The notes under the pieces: generated by a model | Seen by the model: only the letters and a program-made list of their open reading frames with translations | Told to the model about the DNA's origin: nothing | Databases searched by the model: none | Position numbers and translations under genes: made by a program | Part shown: piece after piece, positions 40,297 to 54,090 of the stretch | How positions within the stretch are numbered: the stretch's first letter is position 1 | Layout of the letters: every line of letters begins with the position of its first letter | Assembly (NCBI GenBank): GCA_977030845.1 | Contig: OZ365113.1 | Coordinates: forward strand, 19,034,001-19,098,000 | From: Fimbriosthenelais zetlandica | Lineage: Eukaryota | Reading direction: 5' to 3' | DNA: 64,000 bases

Positions 40297-43139
40297 TAGG
40301 TGTTTATTCGTACCCTGGATGGTTGTACGATTTGGAGTGAGTTAATCTATTCACACCTTTTGGTATTTTCCTTTCGTAGTTAAGATACCAGAAGACACGT
40401 TATTTCTTATTTTATGGATTGCCCATACCAGGGATATCGATGTTTGAATAAGTGCCTTTGAGAAAGTGCCTTTTACTTTTCCATTAAATTGCAGCCATTC
40501 GGCCAGATAAATCAGACAGTGGCAAAGTCCAGCCATTTGAATCCACCTTACATAGAGTTTCAGCCAGGGTGAAGTGGTTCATTTCCCACTGGTGGACGGC
40601 AGTATGAAAGTACTAGCCACACACTTAATGTGCAGTGTATGAGTGTAAATTGTACTAGAGAAGAGTTTGTATTGAACCTATGTCCGAGGTCTAGATGCTG
40701 AGACCCGTATAATATAGATGGATTTAGCACAGCCAGTCCCTCATAAGGTTACATAATCTCTCCGATCCTTGTAACTATTACTGTATCAGTCTGGCTGTAT
40801 ATTTTAACCACCCTGACCTCGAGCAGTCTGTTAGCAGAGAAAGAATTCCCTACAGAAAATTGAGATAAAAAGAGATAAAACTTTGTTATGGATTAATTCC
40901 AATCTCCTCTTGGCACCCAACTTTTAGTTAGTTGTACATAAGAGTTGAAGAAATCCAGAGGTTCCCGCCAGGCATTTATATACTAAACTTCCAACCATTG
41001 AGCAAATCTATTGAGCAAATGGAATTTCAAGATTCTCGTAACAACCTCATTTGATTTTTCCTGAGATCCAAAATGGCCAACAAACTAGAGAATCTGAGTC
41101 GTAAAAAGGCGCTTGGAATGATATATAACATTGATCTGCCTTTTCTAATTGGAGTTATATCAACCCAAAGACAAGGTTTGGCTGACTTTTGGTGTTGAGA
41201 ACTGTAGAAAATGTAGTAAATATGTGGTAGGTAGAAGGGTTGGGTGTCGGTTGGTAAATTCCTCTGTAGTTTAGATTGGTGGCGGTTGTAACTAAGGAGC
41301 TTTCTAAATTGGCCCCTGTATGTAGCGTACTGGTTATCTAACAGGGTAGCCAGCAGTGGTTAAGTATCCTATGACAATATCATCAGCGGCATACTTTCAT
41401 ACACTGGGGTATTGTATGGCATGCTGGGCAACAAGAGCCAGGTCGGGGCATTAACAAATCATTTCCATGTTTTCAAACATAACTCCTTGCTTCTACAAGT
41501 GGGTGCCCTCGAAATTATTTTGATTTCATGAAAAGGCTTCAAAGTCCCTTTGTTAAAATTAGTCAATGTAAAGCTTTCATTTTATGTCATTTAATGATCG
41601 TAAATAAGATTATATAATACTTTTCTCAAATTCCCATAAACCTTAGCCTAAAACACTTGATAGAGTGGGAACTTACTTTGAATTACATCTGCAGAAAACT
41701 TTGCGCAACTAAATCGATTTGAAAAGTAGCAAAATACTTAGGAGTCCATAATTGTTGGACATAAACATTGATGCGGCCTCTATATGATTTATTCTAGCTA
41801 ATTCTAATCACCTAGGGACTATTTATTTTTAAAACTTATATTCTATAATATGGGTTGTTTTAAGGATTTAAGCAGTAATGTCCAAGATGCAAGTCCTATA
41901 TCTTGGTCTGGGCTCACTAATTTACCATGTTTTTCTCCTTTTTCACTCCAATATGTAGAGTTTCTCAGTTACTTCAGCCTCATTACAACCAGATGCATAG
42001 ATCACAGACCCTTTTCTACATCTACAGATAGTAACTTACCCACTTAAATACTTAGGCAAGCCTCTTTCTGTACTTGAGAAATTTTTCATTGCAGATCATC
42101 CCCAGATTATGATTTATTTTCGGACCACTTTGGGGGCAGACAGATTTTCTCATCTCTTATTTACACTTGTCTGCAATTTCCCCCCCTCTCTTCCACTGAG
42201 GTAGGGGTAGCATCTTTACCTTTTTTTATATATATAATGTTGAGCACCTTTTTCCAGGTCAGACAGATTTTCGTGTCTGGTGTTGAGGCCTGCCTCTCAC
42301 TGTAAGTAGAGTGTTGGTGGTGGAGTGTATGGGTGTTACTGGAAGGTGTGGTCCGCTTGCAGGTGGCTTGGGCGGTCTGTTAACTATACCATTTAAAACA
42401 AACAAAAGACTATATTAATCATGCGAGATGAGAAATATGTTAGTCGGGCTTGGTAAGGAAGACCCAGCTCTCTCCTCCCATCTTGTTGTCCATCAGCAAT
42501 TCCACTAAGAGCAGGCCAATGAATCACCAAGCCGGGTCTAAACCGTTTATAAATAGTGAGCTTAGAAGTGTAGGTACGTGTGTATGTAAGTATGAACGGA
42601 GAACTAGTGGTTGAGTTGCTTCAGACTCTTCACCCTGCTATGTACCAAGAAACCCTGGAGTTGGGGGATGTAAGCTTGGCTGGGTGGGTGGAAGAGTTAT
42701 AGACTTCTTCTCAATTCAGACACTTTAACTTCCCCCAACATGGAAGAGAAGGCTTGAGGGAGGACCAGCAATGGTCTGAGCTGAAGGTGAGCTGCTCATT
42801 ACACGATACCATCCACCTCTCATCTCATTCACTCTCATAACAAGCAACGGCATATTGATTTCTATTGGACACAACTTCTGCTTCTACATGTTTTAGATTA
42901 CTTTAGGACCTTAATGTTTTATCTATTGAAGAACACGTGGACTAAAATGGTAACTGCAGAAAGTTGGAAACTTATACTCTTGTCCTTTGTCCTCGGATTT
43001 CTGCTCCATTTGTTCTGCCCTTTAAAAAAAAGTTGAGTTTTAAGTTGCTCCCAGTTCAGGTGTTCTTTCACCTTTACCCTCTCCTTCAATGCTAGATCAT
43101 TGGACGCTAGGTACACATATACATACAACAGTTGGTTTG

Positions 43140-43460
43140 TAGTGGCTATACTCCTCCTCCTACTCCTACTCCTACTTCTTCTCTCCACCACTATACCACC
43201 TCCAGTCCAACACAACTCCAGCCGTCTGCCTACCACCTACACTCTCTCTACTCTATGTACAAAACTACCTCTGTACACATGCCCACTCCAGTATTCACTG
43301 GTATTAGTGTCCCACAACCTTCTCTCCTCTCTCCAGTATACCAGAGTGTGGAGGAACTATCATCCAACCTACCACTCACTGCCCAGTCACTGCCACCACC
43401 ACCACCACCACCCACCAACCCACCACCACTACAACCACTACCACTAAGCCCCAACGTGAG
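43140..43460. repeat. C/A/T-rich, G-poor low-complexity island with (CCT)n, (CCTACT)n and (CCA)n runs
   Basis: Direct inspection; extreme strand skew. Confidence 0.75.
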
Positions 43461-46429
43461 ATCTTCGTCCACCTTTTCCAAGACATGACTCTCAGGTAGA
43501 GAAGGCCGAGGAGATAGTAGTAGTGGTAGACAGCCAAGACCAGGGACGACTATTCCCATTGTCATTGACTGATTGACAACTACCCTCAAAAAGTTACCCC
43601 CTCAGCTTTGTTGTGGAGTACTGGTGGCAGGTTGTTGTGGGGGTGAGGTTGTCTTTACCTGTGGATGGATCCACCTGTTAAACATTCCTCCAAGGGAGTA
43701 CCATTCAGGTAGTGGACAGGACATCGGACCAGCCAGAAAAAAAAAGAGAGAAAAGGAGTAGGTGGAGGCGGGGAATGGTAGAAATACATACATAGATACA
43801 ACATAATACACTTGGAACTTGTCTCCTATCACTCACCTGGAGTTTTGAACTAGCGCAGGTAGGTCACTGTTCACTGGTAGTGGATCAACATTATCACCTC
43901 CTCCATGGTGCGCGGGGTCTCCCAACTATTTTGTAATCACATTGTCCGTGATTTATTTCGACACATAATTAAAAATTTTCTCAATTAGTTAGGTGTCGTT
44001 CATGTGCTTCTCACAGATTAAATTACGTAGGCTAAGGTAGGATCTGGGTTAGAAACATGGCTTATTGAATAACAAAAATAGGATCATATAAGGCTTTAAA
44101 GGGACTGGACCGCTTGTTATTGTCTTGTGTATTTAAAGCAATTATAGCCATCTGTGACATATGGTTGAGTCTGCCCAGTTGGAAAAGCCTACAAAACCCT
44201 TAAGCAGACCACCAGTTGAAAAATTTAAATATGAGTTATATATATGTTTACCACACAGAACTACCACAACTATGTTTCTCTCTATTATAGAAGTAGCTTC
44301 TCTGAATAGATTTAAATGGACGGGTTTAGGCGCATCAATGGGATGTGCGGAGATGAAGATATTTATTTTATTTTTAGCAAACTCTTTTGTTGGATATTTC
44401 ACTATATATTCTCACTCTCACACTCGCAGTAATCCATTGCCACAGGTCGCTCTTCAGTCCTTTGTTGTTGAACCCAGACCGCAGGGCCAGGTGTTGGAGT
44501 GTATGTAGAGTCATTGTAGACACTTCAAAACTGACCATACACGCTCACTCTACACCTTTACACATACATACGTATATAGCCGCTTTGTGTTGTGAAATAC
44601 TTAAAAAAAAGTACCCAGCCGCAATGTTAGATAAGACCAGCAAATAGTCCTCTACAATCCCGGCAAGTTAAAATCCAGTTAAGGCGGAATTTAATCAATT
44701 TAAGTGGGCAGTGCATCTGACTAATCTTTCACATCTGTTTTCATTCAAGATATTTTTAATATTTCTATTTCCCCTGAACTCTTGATAGCAGGTACGCCCC
44801 GATTATATGGCATTGGATAATAAATTATTACGTAAGATATATTGACTGACTTGAGCTATTATACTTAAAAAGAATTCTTCAGTTGTGGCAATTACTATCA
44901 AGTACGTGATCACAATTAAGGGCGTATACATATTACTACAATATCCTATCCCTGGTCATGTATGAGTAACTGTGTGATCCTATCCCTTACTTTATATTTA
45001 TAAACATGATCCTGGACTGGTTCCATTAGCTCCTGAACTGTGAAGACAAACTTAATGAGATAGACATGGGATCCGAGGCACTGATAAATGATAGAGTAAA
45101 ACTCCACCCCTACTAAATTCTCATTTTCTGGAAGTTACCTGTAGGCATAAACAATTTAAATGCGATGAAAGCTTAACTGACACTTCGAAGAATAATATTT
45201 GACAATTTCTTTTAAATATGTATCGTTTTTTGCCTTAACAAATGCTGACAGATTTCGGTTTTATTTATGGCTGGTAAATTTAAATGAATATAATACTTAA
45301 GGTTATAGGAAATGGACGGAAAATTTCAGTATGTCGATCTATAGCAAAAGTAACGTGCAAGCTGAGCCTTGTGATGGGAGAGGTGATCACCAGTTAAGAC
45401 ACGCTTGTCTCATTGTAGACGGGGTGAATAGTCCACTTGAGGGATATACAAGTAGAGAAAAGCACCGCAATAGAATGAATACAACCATATATAGGAAACA
45501 CAGCCTTGAGTGTATACACGTAGTGCCCTAAGTACACCCAAAAATATATGACTGCATCAAGATAAAACTAGACCTTTGAGAGAAAACATTATGAAAAAGC
45601 CGCAGGGATGTTTTAGTCTAAACCAAAAGAAAGTGCCGGTTGTAATTTGGTAACACAACTGCCATGAGTCATAGAGCGAAAAAAGAACCAACATGAAAAT
45701 GGTCTTATTCACATACAAGACTTTTTGTAAGGGGTTGGGTGAAACTCTATTCTGGAAATAACCTTGTGGCCAGTGGGTTTTGCGATCATCGTTTGGGTTT
45801 TCCTCTGAATGATTGGCTTTAGTGGGACGAAATCCCTCAGTGGACTACTTTGGACTTAGACCTATAAATAGGATATATTTTTGTAGCATCTCTTTGGGAT
45901 TGTGTTTGTGGCAAATCCTTGTTTGGTCTTCTGATTCATGGGTATTTATTTTAGGATTGGGAATCTGTAGATGCTATAGGATTGGAGTAGTTGTAAATAG
46001 TAACTATAAGGTGTGGGTGTGGGTTGGTGGGTGGATTGGCGGGCGGGTGACACAGTAGATGATGGTTTATGGCTTGAAGTCTCCCGAGTAGTATAGAAGA
46101 TGGGATCAAGGAGCGGTACAAAGAAACACACAAATTCTCCTCTTCCATAACATTTGGGCAAAATCTGCATCATACTGCAATCGTTTCACTGAATTAATTA
46201 ATTGTTCCTGACGATTATGTCATAGAGGAATTTAATGAAATTGTGAGCAGACAATATGAGGCTTACAAATCTGAGCAGTGACCATCATTGTCAATTCATC
46301 TCTAACATTTGACAGATAATAGTGAGAAAGCCGGAGGAAAGTCTCTAAAGTACCAAACTAATCTTTTGATGAGAGAAAACTGAACAACTTACACTGTTAT
46401 CCCAGTTATAAATTCCTATGAGAAATAAC

Positions 46430-46521
46430 TCCTTTCATTCCTACCCATCTTCCCTTCCCTTTTCCCCCTTCGTCTCCTCTACCCCTCTTCCCTCCTCCCC
46501 ACTGCTCCTTCCCCCACCTCC
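46430..46521. repeat. Polypyrimidine low-complexity tract
   Basis: Almost exclusively C/T on the + strand. Confidence 0.8.
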
Positions 46522-49500
46522 TGATGATGTGGGTATGTGAGTGGGACAGATGTTGAGCAGGTGGGAGCAGCTGAGAGATGAAGGCAGGAGGCGGGAGTAG
46601 AGAGCTCCCAGACGCCAATAGATCCTGTAGTAAACACTAACATCCAATCGCCCCGTCCGGCGGGGGCTCACAGAATGTGCCGGGGGCACTTTGCTTCTGC
46701 TCGGGTTCACCTTTCCAGGAAATAGGTTTCGTTTTCCCCAAATTCAAAGTGTCTGTATACCATGTAGGTATCCATTCACTAATTTGCTCTCTTTGGAAAT
46801 TGGATGTTCAGATTCATTTCCAATAATATATATTTCTGGTGATATTTTAGGACAAATGCTGGCATGTGGATTCTGGGCCGGGGTTGAAGGTATAGATAGA
46901 AAGAGAGACACTGAAGATACTGAAAACCTAGGTAAAACCCGCAAACCACCGAGGGAAGGGATATAAGAATCAATTTATAACTAATCAATAGGGTTCTTGG
47001 AATAGTTTTCTTCCAAACCAAGCATATGATATACCTGAACCCCAAGCACATTATGATTACCCACGTACCACCCACGGCCTATATCCCTTTCCCTGCAATA
47101 TGTGCAGGTATCGAGTGTTATCTCTTGCCAATGGGGTTCAATTTTAGAGTTTCTCGTCGGTCTATCCGACCGTCAATCTACAACTCAAGATGTAATCCAA
47201 GCCAGGTTAACTGTCGAGAAATTTGTCTGAAAGATATACCTCCAGGCTATATGGCACTATGTATATCAATCTGACGCCTGATATCTAGTCCATAGACCAG
47301 GTTACACATATACTACAGACACCTAGGTCCTACACATGTATGACCTCCACTATGCCATATCTATATTTCATCACAGGGTTCCCTCCCTCCCATTCTACCA
47401 CACATGCATTCCATAACCACATCCCTACACGCATGTGTATATATAAATTCACCCTTAACCCGAATTTCTCAAACCCTCCCACTCCATCATTTTCCTTCCA
47501 GCCAGACATTTTTAAAGCACCTGTCGTAGAAAAATATTAAATCCAGGTTTTCCATATAGAGTGGTATAGTCAATTTGGAGGCATCGATGTCTTGATCATC
47601 CCTATATCAAAATAATTTTATGAAGTATTCCCAGATCCCATTCCCCTGGACCTCCAAATCCCATTCCCCCTCTGCCACACCACCCTGTAGGAGTTCGCTT
47701 CCCAGTTCCCACATGATCTGTGCTGTTAACCCCCGAATCTTTTCTATATACATGCACACCCTTACACACCCTCCACACATTCACATACTGAGACTAGACT
47801 AATCTGTGCATATGCTGGTGTGTATATGATGTACAAGATGCACACAGTTTACGGCTGTGAGTTAGTGAAAGTTAACTGACCACCCCCCCCCCCTCCCCTC
47901 CAGCAATTATATATTACCATTCCAAGGTATATCAAGAAACATGTCGGTCCGCAGATAAAGGCATTTCACTTAATACATGTGCATTGCAAAATAAACTTGA
48001 AAAATTGATTTTAAGTGCACTCGAGATAAAGGTATTGGAATTTGCCAAAAGTCCGCATGCCAAAACAGAGTCTTATCAGACTACTATCGTATTAAAAGGC
48101 GAGATCATGAAGGTGACGTGAACATATCTAGGGTGGCTGACGTAGGCGTAAATAGTGGTAATCAATGCCTCGACGTGTTGGTATTTATTCATACATAGTT
48201 ATAAATGCCTCATATTCTCTATTAATGCCTACAAAAATAGAACATAGATAGTGCAGGTTCTTTTTTAAATTTCTCATTTTTGCAAAATGAACAGAATTTA
48301 GAGTTTATTTCTAAGAATTACAGTCCATATATTTGTGCTGTAGCAAACATGATATTATTCAAACCACCTTGAACTTGAACATCAGAGTTCATTTTCGAAC
48401 TTTTTTCTAGTCTATTTTTATCAGAGCTTACTTTTGAAGGCCCTCCCTTTGAATGGTGAAAGAATCTTACTTCTAAGGCAATCGAATCACATGGTTTTCA
48501 TCAGACCAATATTTTGGTAGTATTTTATATAGTGTTGTATTTTTGGTCGGTATAGTGTGGGGTCAAATGAGCAATACACACAGAGAGTGTAGATCTTTAT
48601 GGTCAGCTATCTGAGTAGTCTCTGAATATATATAATTTACCAATGAAGTAATCTTATCTCTCTAACTCATCACAGCTGATAAGCGGGATCCCAGCCCCGC
48701 TGCCATTGTTTTGGCACCACTTACACCATATAACTGATAGAAAGCTGCCAGGGACCATGCACAATCTTTAAGGTTGACTCCTTAATTATATGCATTACAC
48801 CTCCATTCGACCTAGCTGTAAGTGTCCTTTTTTGTTATTCTCCAATACCTTCCTCCAATAATTTCCCTCATTGGAGTTTCATTACCTTTTTACACATGAA
48901 TATTTTTTTATTAATTCAGACTGGTCATGTATGTGACATGGTGGAGTGTTTTCCGGAATCATGATGTTCATTATTCATACAATGACGTTTTTTCTTGTGG
49001 AAACATGGGCGACCATCTGACCCTTGTTTTTCATTTTGATCCTTAATCTAAGATGGTAATTACGTGAGGAAACTTTAATGCTATAAGTGGGTGAAATTCA
49101 GCAGGCGCTCTCTCCTGGCAAGCCATCCAGCAACCTCCCGGACTGGGACTCCTCTCAGGGGCTATAAACACCAAGGTGCTGATGTGTTTTACCCTCTTTC
49201 CCCCATCTTAGACATTTGACTGGATAAAAGATGGACACAAATTACAACCACTTGATGGGCCATCTCTTGGCACAGTCTCCTGTATAGGGGGAGTGACGGT
49301 CGGTCACCGTCTGCTCTAATCGAGTGATATGAATTGCTCGAAACTGCTCGTGTCCAATACCTGGGCACTGCTTGTGTAGGGGTACACCTGGTCAAATTGG
49401 AGTTGTTATTGAATCCTCATAACTCCAGTGAAATGGGAATAGTGTCATCTAACAGGTAACTGTCCATTATAATTATTGGAACCTGGTTAATGCACTTTTT

Positions 49501-49794
49501 TCATTTTAAAAGCAGGGATTCAAAGTTTACTGCTCTTCATTGAGTGAATTTAGCTCGATGGTTACCTGTGTATATGTAGCGATCCCTATACCCCCGTTCT
49601 GGCCTTTGACTCCAGCCATAACGTTTGTATAACATGAACTTATAGCCTTGATGACAGATGATGGATGAATAGAAGGCAGTATGTGGCTGTGAAGCATTAT
49701 AAGATGGAGTTTCATGTGTGGACTCGTGTAACCTGATGTAAATTCAGACCAGGTATGTAAAGTCAGCAGATATGATGATATATATCTTATACAC

Positions 49795-49844
49795 GGAGGG
49801 AGAGGAAGAGAAGACGAAGGAAGAGAGGGACGAGGAAAAGGGGG
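49795..49844. repeat. Polypurine low-complexity tract
   Basis: ggagggagaggaagagaagacgaaggaagagagggacgaggaaaaggggg. Confidence 0.8.
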
Positions 49845-52800
49845 TGATACAATTATAATTATATTGATAATGTGAATTATATGCTACATCTAAACTGATT
49901 TTCTTTGATGATTTGAATGGTTCAACATAATAGTATTATCTTGCATCACCTGTCTTTTCCATGGATGAATGCCCTTGCCCAGTTGAATTCCCAATATTTT
50001 TCTTTGCCTTGTCAAAGATCCGCATGGAACATGAATACTAATCGGCCACGTGGCGGCAGACTGGTGGGGCCTCCTCCTCCCACTTCTCGGTGTAATTTTC
50101 ATCCGGTTTGGGAAATGGAAACCCATGCGTTGATATGAATATGAAATCAGGGACTCCCCAGAATCCTCGTCTGCATGAGTCGATTCCATCATAATGCCTA
50201 AAAACTAGTCATAATCTAGTTTTAAAAAATCGATGCGGAACCCAATACATGGTTATGTAAGCAACAACTTAGCTCAATAATGCTTTAATATTTTCTAATC
50301 ATTTAATAATTTTCTCATATGACCAATAGCAGAATCAATGTTGCAATTGTCGTATATATCTTTTTGCGTTGTTAATGGCAGTGATGTTCAGTATGATTTT
50401 GTCAATACAATATTGCCATTAGCGGACCCATATTTTCCTATACTACTGACGTCTAGGTCAGTTCATTTTACAATTTAATATTCGCCTCGCCCACATTTGA
50501 CCTTGATATTTTTTTTAGACAAACAGTTTTCTTGAACAGCTTTTGTATGAATATACGCAGTAAGTATTATAGTACTCCGTCATAGATAGTGAGTAGCTTA
50601 GGGAGTCTGTAGTTGGTGTGGAGGTGAGGGAGAGAGGTGAGGAGGACTAGGGGTCATGTGTGTAGGGGAAGGGGGGCCATGAGGGGAAACATTTGCTGAC
50701 CTCACTTGGTGGACTCCTGCCAGCCCACTTTACAGGGACAATGTTTAGGGATCCGCCAAACAACATCCATGTATCACTACCTACATCCCACTTCAACGAT
50801 ACCTTCCACCTTCTCACTTACTACTGTATTTGCTCTTGTTAGAAAACATCTTCAGCATTACATTTGATAAGGCGTAGCGTACTAAAGTGTTTGCACTGAG
50901 TGATGCTATGAGGCAGCTTCATGCTATTGAAAAGATGTAAGAGCAAGTTTCTAATCATACATGTACGCAAAGAATACTGGATGACTCGGCATGAATATTA
51001 ATTGACATGGATTAAGATAAGATAGCGTGTAGGCAGTAATGGATTTTTACCAGAACCCACCACTCCTGCACATGAGTCAAATTATACTTGTGACCACACT
51101 TTATGGATCCGCAGAGCAGAGGGACTCGGATGTGGTCCGGAGAAAAAAACACCCCAGCGTTCTTTTTTGATCACTTCGGGGGCAAGGGAGGAGACACGCA
51201 ATAGATGTGGCCTATTTTTCTGATGAAAACAACACATGTGAATTTTTACGTCCCTTGGAGGTGGTTTTGCAAGCATGCCAACCCTTCCTTTCTGATGAAA
51301 TCCACTTCCGGATGAATAATCAACAACGGTTGTGCTTGGTTCAAAAGTTGCAAAATTGATATAATAAGGTTTCTTGCGAAAAATAGTAAATGCTAGATTT
51401 TGAAATTATGACTGAAAAAATCATTGATCTTGTGAAGAATATATTAAATTAGCTTAGAACGATACATGATATTATATTGATTAGATATCTGTATTGGGTA
51501 GGCCTAGGCCTATAGGTGTGTATGAATGGAATATCGGGTCCATAATATCTAGGGATTGCCATTTAACTGTTTTACATTTGAAGGTTGTTCTCCTCGGTAT
51601 GCATTTCGAGACAAGTCGTCGTACTATGAATATTAACGGTGTAATACAAAGAGGATGTGAAATCAAAAGTTAACCAGGCCCGAAACGTGATTGAATAGAG
51701 TATACGAGATTCTCTACGTGACAACGGGTGCTGCTGAAATTCTATTCAAATTGAAGTTAGACTGTAATAATTATTTCCACTTTACTGTTCCTAAAGATAT
51801 GCCACTATTATCCATCCTATTTCATATGCAACTAGAATTTTTACTCATTCTTCCTCTGAAGTTTATAATGTACGATAGCTGCCCTTGGAAATAGTCTGAA
51901 TCATGTATTAATCATGTATGAATGGTCGATATTATATAGTGGTCACTGCTTGCTATGGGGCCTATTAATAAGTTCCAATAATCCACATACATGATTGTGA
52001 TTGTCATGTTCATGACATTGATAGGAGCAATAGATGAGCTGCTCGTGTTAGTACCAGATACTCCCTATTGAGAGTCCTTATTTAATTTGACATGCCATCC
52101 TTACGATTCATTTATAAATGGTAATAATTCATATGGTTAAGCACTTATTATAAAATAATGACTTGAATATAAGCCTAACCATGGGTAAAACTGGTCCTTT
52201 CCATTTACTTCTCTTTCCTTCCCTAAAAACATTTTAAAACCTAGCCTTCACCAAGGGTGAATTAGGTATTGCGTGCTATTGGTCAAAGATATATAGTCAA
52301 CTTGGAAGACGAGTACTGGAGAGAATTACAATGTGAGGTGAGTTGTAGGTCAGCTGGCACTTCTCCAGTTGTTGCGTCATACTAATACCTGTGGATCGGG
52401 GCTTTATATACTCGCCACAAGTACCCTAATCTATACTTTTATTATTGCCATTCACAAATATAACTATACTCGTAATAAAAGTATGCTGAGGTTAAAAGTG
52501 CAGGCATCCCTGACATAAATGCCTCAGAAATGTTTATCCGACCATTCATCTGAAAAATAGATATTTGAAATAATTGATAAATCATAAGTTTCTGCTATTT
52601 ATTCTCAATGTCTGGAAGGGATTTCACCATGGAAGCCACATTATAAGTGAGGTCTTTCCCTAATTGGACGATCTTTCTACACATTACACATTTCCCTTTA
52701 GAATAGTTGAGTTCATTTATGAGGTTTAGGACTGGTAGGCCTACTATTCTGTCGGGTGGAGCAACCAGAAAAAACACGTTGGTCGCCTTGTAAAGTTTTA

Positions 52801-53919
52801 CAGTGTAAATCCAGCTCCTGGCTGGCCGTCCAGTGCCCCGGGCCTGACCTCTCAGTCACACGTCAATAAGAGGCAATTGCATGAGTTATAAGGCTGTAGG
52901 GAAATGAGAACATAATGCTACGCCATCAGAACAAAACTCATTAACCATACACATTTACTCTGCTCTTTGTCGTCTATAGAAGGCCGTAGTACTCCCTGCT
53001 CGGTGCTAACTAATGTCGCCTCAGGTCAAGCTACATTGTGATCTTACATAATCGGCTTGATTACATTCCCAACTCAACTCTAGGGCGTGTCTTGTTCTAT
53101 AACACTACGAGAATATCTTATGAGTAACACATAACTGAAACCTTCATGAAAACTGGGTCCTTCATAAAGGGCACATCAATGGCAATTTACAGTTATAATT
53201 TATTACAGTGGAGAGCGTGATCTTTTACCAGGGCTAAAGGTTAATGTGAAGTTTTTACTAGAGCTTATAGTTATTAGTTTGATTGGTCTTGTTTGTAAGG
53301 ACCAGATCATCCAGCTGCCCCTGGCTGACCCGGGAGTGACCTTTGCCTCTGCTCTTGCTGGTAGGAGTTACACAACCACTCTGATCTCGTGTACAACTGC
53401 TGGCAATGTGGGTGCTCTCTTACTCACCCCACCCTTAGTTTCTCATACGCCATCTGTGACCTCACTGCAGTTCACTTAAACATGCATATCCTTGCCAAAA
53501 ATTCTCATTTATGCAAGTATTGTATGATTTGAATAGGCTCATTAATAAACTGCTGCCCCTTTAAGGGATATTTCTTTTATATGGGTGGCCACAAATTGAA
53601 CCTTTGTAGGTGTAACCCTGATAAGTACCCAAATGTCTTCGACCTCATTCAATATTCCGGAACTTATAGTCTTCGATGACTTTTTAAAATGTTCCAGTCT
53701 CTTGGTACAATAAGCAAGGGGTTCTAAAAGACCCGAAGAGCATTTGACTGGAGAAGACCACTAATCGTTTTTATTTGCACTCAGACATGTGAACATTTTA
53801 TGAGATTTGAATCAGATTTGGCAGATCAAATTTCATATACTCAATGAGAAACCAGAGGAATGACAAGAAAAGAATTGTCCTTTCAGAGATTCCTTTCTAT
53901 GCCTCATCTGCCCGATCTT

Positions 53920-54090
53920 CGCCTCAGCGCCAGCAGGTGGCGCCCTTGTAGTTGCCTCTTCCGGCGCAACTTCCGGTGGTTCCGGGGAGAGTTTCTTGCC
54001 TCGTTTTAAGTGAGGACACGTGACTGAGCGGCGGCCAATTAAATGGCCGACTACCCGTGCGGACGTTAAGCGGGAGGGGCGCCAAAAACT
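53920..54090. promoter_or_regulatory. CpG-rich housekeeping-type promoter module (CTCF, ACTACAA, 3x ETS, USF E-box, CCAAT, YY1-like)
   Basis: CCAGCAGGTGGCGC 53930-53943; TTGTAGT 53946-53952; CTTCCGG 53958; ACTTCCGGT 53969; TTCCGG 53980; CACGTGAC 54017; CCAAT 54035; AAATGGC 54041. All fall within ~120 bp of locally high CpG density. Confidence 0.6.
53930..53943 (+). promoter_or_regulatory. CTCF core motif
   Basis: CCAGCAGGTGGCGC is a 14/14 match to the CCASYAGRKGGCRS core consensus. Confidence 0.6.

Noticed and set aside
13391-44110. Several TTAAAG(G)-type Kolobok-like left ends (about 13391, 14315, 23509, 31709, 44096)
   Set aside because: No matching inverted right end found for any of them, so no element can be delimited.
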